This document shows positions 19,573-31,136 of a stretch of 64,000 bases of DNA, one piece after another (the first letter of the stretch is position 1; each line of letters begins with the position of its first letter). The notes beneath the pieces are model-generated. The model was given only the letters and a program-made list of their open reading frames with translations. It ran no database searches and was not told where the DNA came from. The position numbers and the translations under genes are program-made. Origin of the DNA: Gemmatimonadales bacterium (GTDB lineage Bacteria > Gemmatimonadota > Gemmatimonadetes > Gemmatimonadales > GWC2-71-9); the NCBI GenBank assembly GCA_038321865.1, contig JBBQFH010000001.1, forward strand, positions 96,001-160,000, written 5' to 3'.

Positions 19573-22409
19573 CGCATCACCGGGGGAGCGGGAACCGGCA
19601 GGCCCGCTTCCCGCGTCCACAGCATGCCACCGGTCTCGGCGACCACCGCCCCCATGGGAATGAAGCCGTCGCCGAGGAGCCATGGCGATGCTCTGAACGG
19701 AAACCGCGCGGTCGCCGCGGCGCGCGGGCCCAGCGTCATCGCGACCGGCGACGTCCCATCGGCGCCGGGCACACTGACCGCCGAGTCGGCGTAGAGCCGG
19801 ATCGTCGTACGCGCGGTCCAGGTATCAGCGGCAGCGCGCTCATCGGCGAATCCCGGAAACAGGGCGAGCTCGACTCGCATGGCACCATGGCCCGGCGGCA
19901 GCGGGACCTGCAGCCGCCCCAGTGCGTAATTCAACGGCTCCTTGGCGATCTGGCCGCCCGCGGAATCGAACAGGGTGAGCCCGAGATCCGTGAACCGCTC
20001 CCACTCGGTCGGCGCCATCGCCACCTCGATCACGACGCCGCGGGCCCAGGCCGGGACGATGAACGGCACGCGCTGCGGCTCCGAGCCGCGGGCGATGATC
20101 GGCTGCGTCCACTCAGCGCCGATGAGCACCACCGCTGCACGCGCGGCGACTGGTGCCGCGGTCAGATTGATGAGGGTGGCCTGGAGCCCGGCCCGGTCGC
20201 GCATCAGCTGCAAGGTCAATGGGGCCTGGCGCACATCAAGGCTTACCGTCGCCCGGTCGAGCGGTGGCGCGACGGCATCGATCTCGTACGTTCCGCCGAG
20301 CGCCTCCCGACCGCCGACATCGAAGACCGCGGACGATGGGCCGGTGCCGATGGGCAGGCCGGTCCCATCCCGATACGGCATGCCGCCGGGTTCGTGCAGA
20401 TAAAGCGTCGCCCCGTCGGCGGCCGAGGACCCGCGCACGCTGAACGGACGCCCACTGTCCGCGGTGAAAAACACCCGCTCGACGCCGCCGCCGGGTACAT
20501 CGAGTCGGAGGGTCACGTCGCGTCCGGCCGGATGAGCGATGACCACGGTGTTGACCAGCCGAAACGCGGGACCACCCTGCGTATCCGAACGCCACCCGGT
20601 GACCACAGCCGAATAGACGCCGGGCGCCGCGAAGGCTCGGGAGTCGTAGGTCAGCCGGACCGCCCCTGCGGCCGGGCCGGCAATCACGCGATCGGGGGCA
20701 TGCAGCCATGGGGCGCTCGCGCGCAGGCGAAAGGTGTCGACACGGGCGGGCCGCAGCATGAATGTCACCACGGTGTCCGCGAGTCCGCCGCGCGTCACCG
20801 CCTGATACGCCGCTGACCTGCCCGGCCGTCCCGACACGAATGCATCGACCGGCTCGGCGGTGCGAGCGCTCTGCAACCAGCGGAACGCGCGCCCGACGTC
20901 GGGCAGGCCGGCGCCCTCGTCGAGGAAGGTGCTGCCTGCCGACGGACGGGCCGTCACCATCAGCGCCTGCCGGACCGTCGCGGCGTCGAGCCGGCGCGGA
21001 GCGGCCGCTGAGATGAGGAGCGCCACGAGGCCGGCCGCATGCGGGGAGGCCATGCTGGTTCCGTTCTCGCGCTCGCCGCCCACATCCCAGCGCGGGACCG
21101 TCGAGTAGGCCATCCCGGGCGTCACGATGTCGGGCTTCGCGAGCTCGCCGCCGCGCGCGCTGAAGAAGGCGAGCGGGCCGGCGGGCCGCTGGCCCGGAGC
21201 AGCGGTCAGAAAGGTGGAGGGCAGCGTGGCGCCGACCGTGATGACCCGTGCCGCCGAGCCGGGAAAGCCCACGGTGGAGAGGCCCGGGCCGTCGTTGCCC
21301 GCGCTCACGGTGAAGGTCACTTCCGGATGCGCGGCGAGCGCGGAGTCGAGAATCGCATCGATCCTCGCGGCGCCCTCGCTTTCGTTGCCCACGCCGAAGC
21401 TCATGTTGACGACCAGCGGCAAGTGGCGGGCAGCGGCGAAGCCGATGGCGTAGGCCAGCGCCCGGATCATGCTGGCAGTCGTCGTGATGCCGCCCTGGGC
21501 ATCATCGGCGATCTTGCATTCAAGGAGGAAGGCGCCTGGTGCCACGCCGTCGAATCCCCGGATCCCGTACATGTCATGGCCAGCCGCAATCCCCGAGACG
21601 TGCGACCCGTGACCCGACGTATCGAAAAAGAGATCCAGCGTCGGCGGGCTGGCCTCGCCGGCATCGGCGAAGTTGACGGCGATGTTCAGCGGCGCGGGTC
21701 TTCCCGCCGTCGACCACGCGAAGGTGTCGTGCCCCGTGAGGTAGTCGTGGATCGGCCGCTCATTGGCCAGGGAACCGTCACCGTCCGTGTCGGCGAACAG
21801 CACCCACCCGTCGCTGGCGAGTGCGACGACGACCGGCAGCGAGTCACCGACACTCCCATTACCGTTGACGTCCGCGGCCGGCGCTTCGCCGAGCGGCAGC
21901 TCCCGGAGGACGCCACCAAAGCTGCGGCTGCCGCTTGCGAGCGCCGCGACACGGCCGAATCCGGCCAGCCGTTGGCCACCGACTTGGACGGTATCTCCCC
22001 GCGGGCTCAGCGGCGTCAGTACGACCAGTCCCTCGCGGGAAAAATCGCGCAGATCGAGCACCTTGCGCTCGCCGGTGGAGGTACGACCCAGGCCGGCGAT
22101 GCCGGGATCGATGCCGCTGTCGAGCACGGCGATCAGGACGCCGCGGCCGTCGAATGTCGGGTGGGTCCGGATGAACGCATCGACCCCGGTTTCGCCGAGC
22201 GGCATCCAGCCGTTCCGAAACGCCTCGTCCGGCGGTGCCGACGGCGGCGGCGCCGCAGGCATCGCCGACGAGTCGCGCCGCGCCGCGCTTTCGGCCGGGG
22301 GCAGCGCCCCCGGGTCCATGTTCGGTTTGGGCGCGGGGGCCGGGGCGGCGGCGGCGCAGCCGAAGGCGGCGGCGATCGAGACCAGCGAAAGCGGGAACAG
22401 TCGGGCCAA
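19569..22409 (-). CDS. S8 subtilase lipoprotein, tripeptidyl-peptidase II-like
   Basis: TTG start after AGGAG; lipobox AFG-C; triad LDSGID / GHGSH / GTSMASPH; oxyanion SAGNDG. Confidence 0.88.
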   Translation of the reverse strand: MARLFPLSLVSIAAAFGCAAAAPAPAPKPNMDPGALPPAESAARRDSSAMPAAPPPSAPPDEAFRNGWMPLGETGVDAFIRTHPTFDGRGVLIAVLDSGIDPGIAGLGRTSTGERKVLDLRDFSREGLVVLTPLSPRGDTVQVGGQRLAGFGRVAALASGSRSFGGVLRELPLGEAPAADVNGNGSVGDSLPVVVALASDGWVLFADTDGDGSLANERPIHDYLTGHDTFAWSTAGRPAPLNIAVNFADAGEASPPTLDLFFDTSGHGSHVSGIAAGHDMYGIRGFDGVAPGAFLLECKIADDAQGGITTTASMIRALAYAIGFAAARHLPLVVNMSFGVGNESEGAARIDAILDSALAAHPEVTFTVSAGNDGPGLSTVGFPGSAARVITVGATLPSTFLTAAPGQRPAGPLAFFSARGGELAKPDIVTPGMAYSTVPRWDVGGERENGTSMASPHAAGLVALLISAAAPRRLDAATVRQALMVTARPSAGSTFLDEGAGLPDVGRAFRWLQSARTAEPVDAFVSGRPGRSAAYQAVTRGGLADTVVTFMLRPARVDTFRLRASAPWLHAPDRVIAGPAAGAVRLTYDSRAFAAPGVYSAVVTGWRSDTQGGPAFRLVNTVVIAHPAGRDVTLRLDVPGGGVERVFFTADSGRPFSVRGSSAADGATLYLHEPGGMPYRDGTGLPIGTGPSSAVFDVGGREALGGTYEIDAVAPPLDRATVSLDVRQAPLTLQLMRDRAGLQATLINLTAAPVAARAAVVLIGAEWTQPIIARGSEPQRVPFIVPAWARGVVIEVAMAPTEWERFTDLGLTLFDSAGGQIAKEPLNYALGRLQVPLPPGHGAMRVELALFPGFADERAAADTWTARTTIRLYADSAVSVPGADGTSPVAMTLGPRAAATARFPFRASPWLLGDGFIPMGAVVAETGGMLWTREAGLPVPAPPVMR

Positions 22410-22417
22410 GGGGACTC

Positions 22418-24064
22418 CTACCGGGGGGCGGCCGCGTCGAGCGGCGGAAGCACGAACGGACCCAGATGCGGCCCGGCATAGTTCGCCGCGATCCGCAGGG
22501 TAAATGCCAGCATGTCGCGCGTCTCCTCCGGGGTGACGATGGCATCGACGAAACCGCGCGCCGCGGCGTACTTGGCATCGAGCTGGAGCTCGTAATCCGC
22601 GCGCATCGAGTCCACCGCGTCGCGTACAGCAGGCGGCAGCTCGGCACCTGCACGCTGCGCGCGATCGATCTCCGGCCCGTGAACGGCCATGATGGCGGAC
22701 TCCCCTTCCATGACGGCCATGCGGCCGGTCGGCCAGGAGAGGATGAAGTCCGGATCGAAGCCCTGCCCGGCCATCGCGTAGTAGCCCGCGCCCGAGGCAT
22801 GGTTGACGGTGAGAACGATCTTCGGCACGACGGCCGTGGCCATCGCCTCGACCCAGTGGGCGCCGGCGCGAATGATGCCCGCGTGCTCCGCCTCGGGGCC
22901 GACCATGAATCCGCTCACGTCCTGCACGAAGAGGATCGGCAGCCGCTCGCGGCTCGCGGTCTCGATGAAGTAAGCCACCTTCTCCGCCGTTTCCGCGTAG
23001 ATGATCCCTCCGAACCGTGGCCGCTCCCCCGCCTTGCCCTTTATGAGCCCGCGCTGATTGGCGATGACCGCCACCGGCCACCCTTCGATGCGCGCATGGC
23101 CGCAGAGCATCTCGCGCGCGACGTTCGGCTGGAATTCGGTGAGGGCGCCGGCGTCGAGCACGCAGTCGAGCACGTGGCGCATGTCGTAGGAGAGCCGGTG
23201 ATCGTGCGGCAGCAGCTGGTAGAGCTCGGAAGCGGGGCGCGACGCCGCGACAGGCGGGGCGAGTCGCTGCGTGAGTCCGGAGATGGTCGGCAGCCGGCCC
23301 ACGTACTCCCGGATGGCGACGAGGCAGTCGGTGTCGGTGGCGGCCCGATAATGGGCCACGGCGCTCACCTCGGTATGCGTCACGGCGCCGCCAAGGGTCT
23401 CGGCATCGATCGTCTGGCCGGTGGCGCCCTTGACCAGGTTGGGTCCGCCCAGTCCCATGAAGCTGGTGCCGTCCACCATGAAGATCACGTCGGACAGCGC
23501 CGGGAGGTACGCGCCGCCCGCGATGCAGCTGCCCATGACCGCGCTGATCTGCGGAACACGCAGGTAGCGCCGCATGATCGAGTTGTAGTAGAAGATGCGG
23601 GCCGCACCGTACTGTCCCGGAAAGACGCCGCCCTGATAGGGCAGGTTCACCCCCGCGCTGTCCACCAGGTAGATGATCGGGATCCGCTGCCGCATCGCGA
23701 CTTCCTGTGCCCGCAGGATCTTGCGGATGGTCTCGGGCCACCAGGATCCCGCCTTCACGGTCGAGTCGTTCGCGACCACGACGACCTCACGGCCCTCGAC
23801 CGTGCCGACGCCGGTGATTACGCCGGCCCCCGGCGCCTGCCCGTCGTACTGATCGTAGGCCACCAGCAGGCCGAGCTCGAGCCAGGGCGTGCCGCTGTCC
23901 AGCAGACGCTCGACGCGCTCCCGCGGCGCCAGCTTCCCCTGCTGCCGCATCTTCTCGGCGCGAGTCGCGCCGCCGCCTTCCCGCAGCCGGGCTGCGACCG
24001 CGGCATACTCGTCCGTGAGCTGCCGGAGCCGATTCGCGCGGCTCGTGGTCGCGGCAGTGGTCAT
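22418..24064 (-). CDS. Acyl-CoA carboxylase carboxyltransferase subunit (MCC-beta-like)
   Basis: GKLAPRER, ANDSTVKAG, YLVDSAG, GSCIAGGAY, LGGPNLVK, GAGYYAM. Confidence 0.92.
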   Translation of the reverse strand: MTTAATTSRANRLRQLTDEYAAVAARLREGGGATRAEKMRQQGKLAPRERVERLLDSGTPWLELGLLVAYDQYDGQAPGAGVITGVGTVEGREVVVVANDSTVKAGSWWPETIRKILRAQEVAMRQRIPIIYLVDSAGVNLPYQGGVFPGQYGAARIFYYNSIMRRYLRVPQISAVMGSCIAGGAYLPALSDVIFMVDGTSFMGLGGPNLVKGATGQTIDAETLGGAVTHTEVSAVAHYRAATDTDCLVAIREYVGRLPTISGLTQRLAPPVAASRPASELYQLLPHDHRLSYDMRHVLDCVLDAGALTEFQPNVAREMLCGHARIEGWPVAVIANQRGLIKGKAGERPRFGGIIYAETAEKVAYFIETASRERLPILFVQDVSGFMVGPEAEHAGIIRAGAHWVEAMATAVVPKIVLTVNHASGAGYYAMAGQGFDPDFILSWPTGRMAVMEGESAIMAVHGPEIDRAQRAGAELPPAVRDAVDSMRADYELQLDAKYAAARGFVDAIVTPEETRDMLAFTLRIAANYAGPHLGPFVLPPLDAAAPR

Positions 24065-24074
24065 GGCCGTAACC

Positions 24075-24512
24075 TCAAGCCTCGATATTGGTTGCGGCCC
24101 ATGACTCGATGTAGTCTATGAGCTCGGCCGTCGGAGTGCCGGGGCCGAACAGCCGGCCGACACCCAACGCCTCGAGCGCGTCCATGTCTTCGCGGGGAAT
24201 GATCCCTCCGCCGGTGACGAGGACGTCGGCCCGGCCGTTTTCCTCCAGCAGCTGGCGGACGCGGGGAAAGAGCGTCATGTGCGCGCCGGAGAGGATGGAC
24301 AGGCCGACGACATCGACGTCTTCCTGCACCGCCGCGGTCGCGATCATCTCGGGTGTCTGATGCAGCCCGGTGTAGATCACTTCCATGCCGGCGTCACGGA
24401 GCGCCGCCGCCACGACCTTGGCGCCGCGGTCGTGACCATCGAGGCCGGGCTTGGCCACGAGCACGCGACTCGGCCGGGTGAGGTGACGGGACCGGGGCTC
24501 AGCTGGCGTCAT
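24075..24512 (-). CDS. Cobalamin-binding small subunit of acyl-CoA mutase (IcmB-like)
   Basis: [13 protein letters not shown] (DxHxxG), [14 protein letters not shown]. Confidence 0.95.
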   Translation of the reverse strand: MTPAEPRSRHLTRPSRVLVAKPGLDGHDRGAKVVAAALRDAGMEVIYTGLHQTPEMIATAAVQEDVDVVGLSILSGAHMTLFPRVRQLLEENGRADVLVTGGGIIPREDMDALEALGVGRLFGPGTPTAELIDYIESWAATNIEA

Positions 24513-24551
24513 CGCGGGTGCCTCCGGCGAAGGAGCCGGCTTGAAGGGTGG

Positions 24552-25688
24552 TCACCGGAAGCGGAGAAGCGCCGAGAGTCCGTCGATCTGCGCACAGGCA
24601 TCCGGCTCATAGACGACGTTGACGTCCACATGCTGGCGGAGCGCTTCCTCGATCGCATCATCCACGACGTCGAGTACCGGAATCGCGGTGCCCTGCCCGC
24701 GACCGTCCCGGGCCTCCAGTCCCAGCGCGCCCGTATCGGCAAAGCGGACGCCGGGCATGGACGCATCGCCGTGCACCAGCAGCGCGCGCACCTGGCCGCG
24801 GCCCAAGGCCTTCAGCGTATCGGCGACCCCGTTGACCGCCCAGCCTTCACCCAGCCGCTCGACGGCCTCCTCCACCACATGCCGCTCGGTCGCGCGCTCG
24901 TACGCCTCACGCACCGCGAGCGTCGCCTGATGGACCGTGGCCGTGGTGACGTCCTTCGGACTGAGTTTCACGCTGCCCATGAGGCGTTCGGTGAGGTAGG
25001 AATGGAGGAATGGCTGGACTGCCGCCGCCTCGGTCCCGGTACCCGCGAGCACGATTCCGTGGGCCGGGTGGCCGCGATCCAACGTAAAGAGCTGGCGGGC
25101 CACCGCCTCAAAATGCCGCTGCTTCTCTTCGCGGATCCGATTGTTGTAGGTGTGCTCACCCCAGCCGGGACCGTTCTGGTCGCCGCGGAAACGGCTGCCC
25201 CGGGTGCTGGCGCTCCTCAGCCCGGGCAGCTCCCGCGTATCGAAGGCGGTGACCTCGAAGAACCGCGCGCTGGTGCGATCGACGACGGCCGTCAGCAGCC
25301 GCCCGAACTCATCCTCGACCGAGGCCAGTTCACGAACCAGCGGCGTGGTGTCGATCCCGAGCCGGGAGCGATGCACTACCGGGAGCGCGACGAGCTCGAA
25401 CAGCCCGATGCCCTCGCATGCGAACACCGCGACGCCCTGGGTGGCCGGCAGCATCGCCGGATTCTGCAGCTGCTTCTGGATCCGTCCGAGGTCCCGCAGC
25501 ACGGCATCGCCGATGGCCCGAGGCAGGGCAAGGCGACCCAGTCCCTGCTCCACCGCCCGAATGCGGTTCTTCAGCTTGATGAGGTACTTGCCGCGGGACC
25601 GGTCCCTCGGTTCCAGCTTGAGGTAGCAGGAGACGACCTGATGCGGGGCCGCTGAAATGTGTGTGAGGCGGGACAACGCCGCCTGCAC
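24552..25688 (-). CDS. Bacterial aeRF1/eRF1-fold protein (baeRF/Balon-like), lacks GGQ
   Basis: VVSCYL, GVAVFA, VVDRTSARFF, IVLAG, AVNG..TL.AL..GQV..LLV, terminal ALLRF. Start uncertain. Confidence 0.8.
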   Translation of the reverse strand: MQAALSRLTHISAAPHQVVSCYLKLEPRDRSRGKYLIKLKNRIRAVEQGLGRLALPRAIGDAVLRDLGRIQKQLQNPAMLPATQGVAVFACEGIGLFELVALPVVHRSRLGIDTTPLVRELASVEDEFGRLLTAVVDRTSARFFEVTAFDTRELPGLRSASTRGSRFRGDQNGPGWGEHTYNNRIREEKQRHFEAVARQLFTLDRGHPAHGIVLAGTGTEAAAVQPFLHSYLTERLMGSVKLSPKDVTTATVHQATLAVREAYERATERHVVEEAVERLGEGWAVNGVADTLKALGRGQVRALLVHGDASMPGVRFADTGALGLEARDGRGQGTAIPVLDVVDDAIEEALRQHVDVNVVYEPDACAQIDGLSALLRFR

Positions 25689-25752
25689 CGGGGATCCGGA
25701 AGCACGCGGCGCGCCGCTGGCGGGCGAACGGGGGCGGCGGCGGGCGGTCGTA

Positions 25753-27458
<1,706 letters not shown>

Positions 27459-27462
<4 letters not shown>

Positions 27463-28499
27463 ACCCGTTCACCCTGTTTGAGGCCATCCACGACGTCAGC
27501 CGCGACTTCGTACGGACTGACCCGGCCGGCGACGATGTCGTCGAGCCGCTCATCGATCAGACGCTCGGCGTGCGCTTCATCCCAGACCCAGCGACGCGTG
27601 GCACGGTCCACCACCTCACGCGTCCGCTCCCGATGCCGGCGGCGGCGGCGCCCCTCGAGCCCGCCGGACGCGGCGAGCCAGGTGTGATGCTGCTCCAACC
27701 GCTCCGCCAGTTCCGCGACGCCGTCCCCCCTGGCGGCGGTCGCGAGCACCACTGGTGGCGTCCAGCTGCCATCCTCGCCCTGGGGTCCGTCGCTCTGCCT
27801 TACCCGCTTGACCGACAGCGCGCCGTGATGCGCCGGCACGTTTCGAAGCGCGTTTCCCCGGCGAATCCCGAGCGTGACTTCAATTTCGGATCGCAGTTTG
27901 TCCGCCCCGGGCCGGTCGGCCTTGTTCACCACGAAGATGTCGGCGATCTCCATAATGCCGGACTTGAGCGTCTGGATCCCGTCACCCGACTCGGGCACCA
28001 GCACGAGCACGGTGCTGTCCGCCATCCGTCCGACATCCAGCTCCGACTGGCCGACGCCGACCGTCTCAATGATGATGCGATCGAAGCCAGCCGCGTCGAG
28101 CACGTCGCACACTTCGCGCGTCGTCATGGCGAGGCCGCCGAGCGAGCCGCGGGTCGCCATGCTACGGATGTAGACGTCCCGATCCAGCGCGACGGATTCC
28201 ATCCGGATGCGGTCGCCCAACAGCGCGCCGCCGGTAAACGGGCTGGTGGGATCGACCGCCACTACGGCGACGCGGAGCTCCTGCGACCGGTACACCGCGA
28301 CCAGCCGTTCCACCAGGGTCGACTTGCCGGCGCCTGGCGGCCCCGTGATACCAATGCGGCGGGCGCGGCCGAGCTCACGATGTATCGCTGCCAGCAGCCG
28401 CTCGAAGCCGGCGCGGCCGTTCTCCACCACGGAGATGGCCCGCGCGAGCGCTGCGGTATTGCCGGCCTGCAGATCGGGGAGAAGACGGTCGGCATCCAT
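27459..28499 (-). CDS. meaB: MeaB/ArgK G-protein chaperone
   Basis: [44 protein letters not shown]. Confidence 0.95.
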
Positions 28500-28536
28500 G
28501 CGATGAAAGGTCGCTGGGGCCGTGGCGGGGAGCAAG

Positions 28537-29133
28537 CTAGGGCGCGGGGTCGGGCCCGGGATCAATCGCGGCGGGAACGATGCGCTTGCGCCGCAGCACG
28601 TACTTGATGAAGACGAGCACCAGGATCCCCACGATCACACCGGCGAGCAGCAGGTACTCGACCCGCTTGACCCGGCCGATCAGCACGTCCGCGCTTCCGC
28701 CCAGTGCGTACCCGAGCGACACGAACGCCGCCGTCCCCAGGAGGCAGCCGACGGCATCGATCGGAATGAAGCGACGGAGCTCGAGGCCGTGCAGCCCCCA
28801 GAACACCATGGATGCATTCTTGGTCCCGTAGACGAACCGGGCCGTCAGCAGCTGCCAGACACCCAGCCGGCGGGCCAGCTTTTCGACCTGCGGCCCGAAG
28901 CGGCGGTAGACGGCCCCCGCGCGAAAACGGGGTCCCCGCCAGCGACCCAGCGCGTACCAGAGGCAGTCCGAGGTCAGGCTGCCGGCGGCGCCGCAGGCGA
29001 TCGCCAGCGGCAGCGGGAAGAAGCCGAGGTGCGCCACCACCCCGGCCAGCACCAGTGACAGATCGCCCTCGAGTGCGGCGCCGAGGAAGACCGCCACCGT
29101 GCCGTGCTGCTCCATGATGTGCTGAATGCTCAT
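28537..29133 (-). CDS. DedA family membrane protein
   Basis: GAALEGD, SD..WYALGR, RFVYG; four hydrophobic segments. Confidence 0.88.
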   Translation of the reverse strand: MSIQHIMEQHGTVAVFLGAALEGDLSLVLAGVVAHLGFFPLPLAIACGAAGSLTSDCLWYALGRWRGPRFRAGAVYRRFGPQVEKLARRLGVWQLLTARFVYGTKNASMVFWGLHGLELRRFIPIDAVGCLLGTAAFVSLGYALGGSADVLIGRVKRVEYLLLAGVIVGILVLVFIKYVLRRKRIVPAAIDPGPDPAP

Positions 29134-29149
29134 GCTGTCGTTCGTCTCC

Positions 29150-29191
29150 GCCAGAATGTCTCACGCACTGCCGCCCATGGGCCAAGGTGTC
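29150..29191. promoter_or_regulatory. Putative enhancer for a sigma54 activator
   Basis: GCCAGAATGTC (29150) and GCCAAGGTGTC (29181), 31 bp apart. Confidence 0.5.
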
Positions 29192-29252
29192 ACCCGTGTC
29201 GTCGCCGCAAGGGCATTCGCCCCGCCACGCCGGACATCGGGGCCGCCGCGCG

Positions 29253-29269
29253 TTGGCGTCGAACTTGCC
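29253..29269 (+). promoter_or_regulatory. sigma54 (-24/-12) promoter
   Basis: TTGGCGTCGAACTTGC, i.e. GG-N10-GC with TGGC and TTGC cores, 66 nt upstream of the GT4 ATG. Confidence 0.75.
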
Positions 29270-29334
29270 TTTGGGTGCCGTCGATGCACCGCGACTGCCG
29301 GTGCACTTCGGTCACCTTCGCCGGCGGGCATTCG

Positions 29335-30429
29335 ATGCGCATCGCTCTGGTCACGGAGTTCTACTACCCGCATCTTGGTGGCGTGACCGAGCATGTGCAC
29401 AATCTCGCGCTCGCGTTCCGACGCCTCGGACACGAGGTCTTCGTGGTGACTTCCGAGATGGGTGACCGGAGTCATGACGAGCCGTTCGTCCGCCGGATCG
29501 GCACCAGCCGGATGATATACAGCAGCGGCTCCTTCGCGCGCGTGACCACCGGCTGGCGGCTGCAGGCTCAGCTGCGAGACCTGTTCCGCAACGAACGGAT
29601 CGACATCGTTCACACCCATGGGCCGCTCGCGCCGACCCTCGGACTGGCCGCCCCGGCCGCGGCGCATGCGCTCGACATTCCGGTGATCGGAACCTTTCAC
29701 TCCTGGTTTCCCCAGTCCGCGCTATACCGGATCTTCCGCCAGCCCCTGCAGCGGCGGCTCGACGCCTACGCCGCGGCGATCGCGGTGAGCGAGCCGGTCA
29801 TCGCCGCCCACGGACGATACTTCAGGACCAACTGGCACGTCATCCCCAACGGCATCGATACGGACGTCTTTCGTCCCGCGGGGCGCGGGGACGGGCTCGA
29901 CGCGCCGCAGCTGCTCTTCCTCGGCCGGCTCGACCCGCGGAACGGGCTGGACACGGTGCTGAGGGCCATGCCCCGTATTCTCGCCGACCACCCGAAGGCG
30001 CGTCTAATCGTCGCCGGCGATGGGCCGCTGCGCAACGTCTACGAGCGGCTGGCGCGCCCGGTCGTGGATCACGTGGAGTTCATCGGCTACGTGAACGGCG
30101 ACCGACCGCACCACTACGCGACCGCCGACCTCTATCTGTGCCCGACGACCAAGGCGTCGTTCGGCATTACGCTGCTTGAGTCGATGGCCTGCGGCACGCC
30201 GATGCTCGTGAGCGACATCATCGGCTTCCGCGAGCTGGTGGACGGCGGCGCGGAGGCGATGCTGGTGCCCAAGGGTGAACCAGCGGCGTGGGCCGGCGCC
30301 GTCCTTCAGCTGATTCCCGACGCGCCGAGGCGGCAGCGGATGGGGTGCGCCGGCCGGGAGAAATCGCTGCGCTTCGCCTGGCCGGTGGTGGCCGAGCGCG
30401 TGCTCGACGTGTACCGGTCAGTGGCGTGA
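29335..30429 (+). CDS. Glycosyltransferase family 4 (PimA-like)
   Basis: YYPHLGGVTEHV, VIGTFH, IPNGID, FLGRLDPRNG, SFGITLLESMA. Confidence 0.92.
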   Translation: MRIALVTEFYYPHLGGVTEHVHNLALAFRRLGHEVFVVTSEMGDRSHDEPFVRRIGTSRMIYSSGSFARVTTGWRLQAQLRDLFRNERIDIVHTHGPLAPTLGLAAPAAAHALDIPVIGTFHSWFPQSALYRIFRQPLQRRLDAYAAAIAVSEPVIAAHGRYFRTNWHVIPNGIDTDVFRPAGRGDGLDAPQLLFLGRLDPRNGLDTVLRAMPRILADHPKARLIVAGDGPLRNVYERLARPVVDHVEFIGYVNGDRPHHYATADLYLCPTTKASFGITLLESMACGTPMLVSDIIGFRELVDGGAEAMLVPKGEPAAWAGAVLQLIPDAPRRQRMGCAGREKSLRFAWPVVAERVLDVYRSVA

Positions 30430-31136
30430 GCGCCATCGAGCTGGGCACCGCCGCGGCGCTCGGCGCCGCCGGTCTCGCCACGCTCGCGTACGGGGCCTAC
30501 GAGCCCAACTCCCGCCTGTTTGGCCCGGTGATCGGCAGCGGACCCCGGGAGCGCTCCGTGTATCTGACCTTCGACGACGGCCCCAACGAGCGGGCGACGC
30601 CAGTCATTCTCGAGTGCCTTACACGCCTGGACGTCACGGCGGCGTTCTTCATGGTGGGCACATTCGTCCGCCGCTCGCCGAGCCTTGCCGCCGCGGCGGC
30701 CGCGGCCGGTCACCTGGTCGGGAATCACACCGACACCCACGTGAAGCTCCATCGTCACGGACCCGGTCGGATCGGGCGTGAACTTGCCGCCGCCCACGAG
30801 GCGGTCCTGGAATATGCCAGGGTGACTCCGCGGGCCTTTCGGGCTCCGCACGGCTACCGCAATCCGTTCGTCCGGCGGGCAACAGCCAGATTCGGATACG
30901 ACGTATTCGGCTGGACGTTCGGCGTATGGGATTCGGCCCGCCCCGGAGCCGAGGAAATTCGCCGCCGGGTCCGGACGCAGCTCCGGCCCGGCGCAATCCT
31001 GCTTCTGCATGACGGTGACGGATACGACCCGACCGGCGACCGGATGCAGACCGCGGCCGCGCTTCCGGGAATCATCGCGGACATCCGGAACGCCGGTTAC
31101 CGGATCCGGCCCCTGGCGGAGCTGCTGACGAAATGA
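30426..31136 (+). CDS. Membrane-anchored polysaccharide deacetylase (CE4/NodB)
   Basis: TFDDGP, NHTDTH, RAPHG, LLHDG; N-terminal hydrophobic helix; GTGA overlap. Confidence 0.9.
   Translation: MSAIELGTAAALGAAGLATLAYGAYEPNSRLFGPVIGSGPRERSVYLTFDDGPNERATPVILECLTRLDVTAAFFMVGTFVRRSPSLAAAAAAAGHLVGNHTDTHVKLHRHGPGRIGRELAAAHEAVLEYARVTPRAFRAPHGYRNPFVRRATARFGYDVFGWTFGVWDSARPGAEEIRRRVRTQLRPGAILLLHDGDGYDPTGDRMQTAAALPGIIADIRNAGYRIRPLAELLTK

Noticed and set aside
19569..23741. 1390-aa ORF suggesting a giant protease fusion
   Set aside because: The first ~440 codons are an off-frame overlap of the carboxyltransferase; SD, TTG and lipobox place the real start at 22409.
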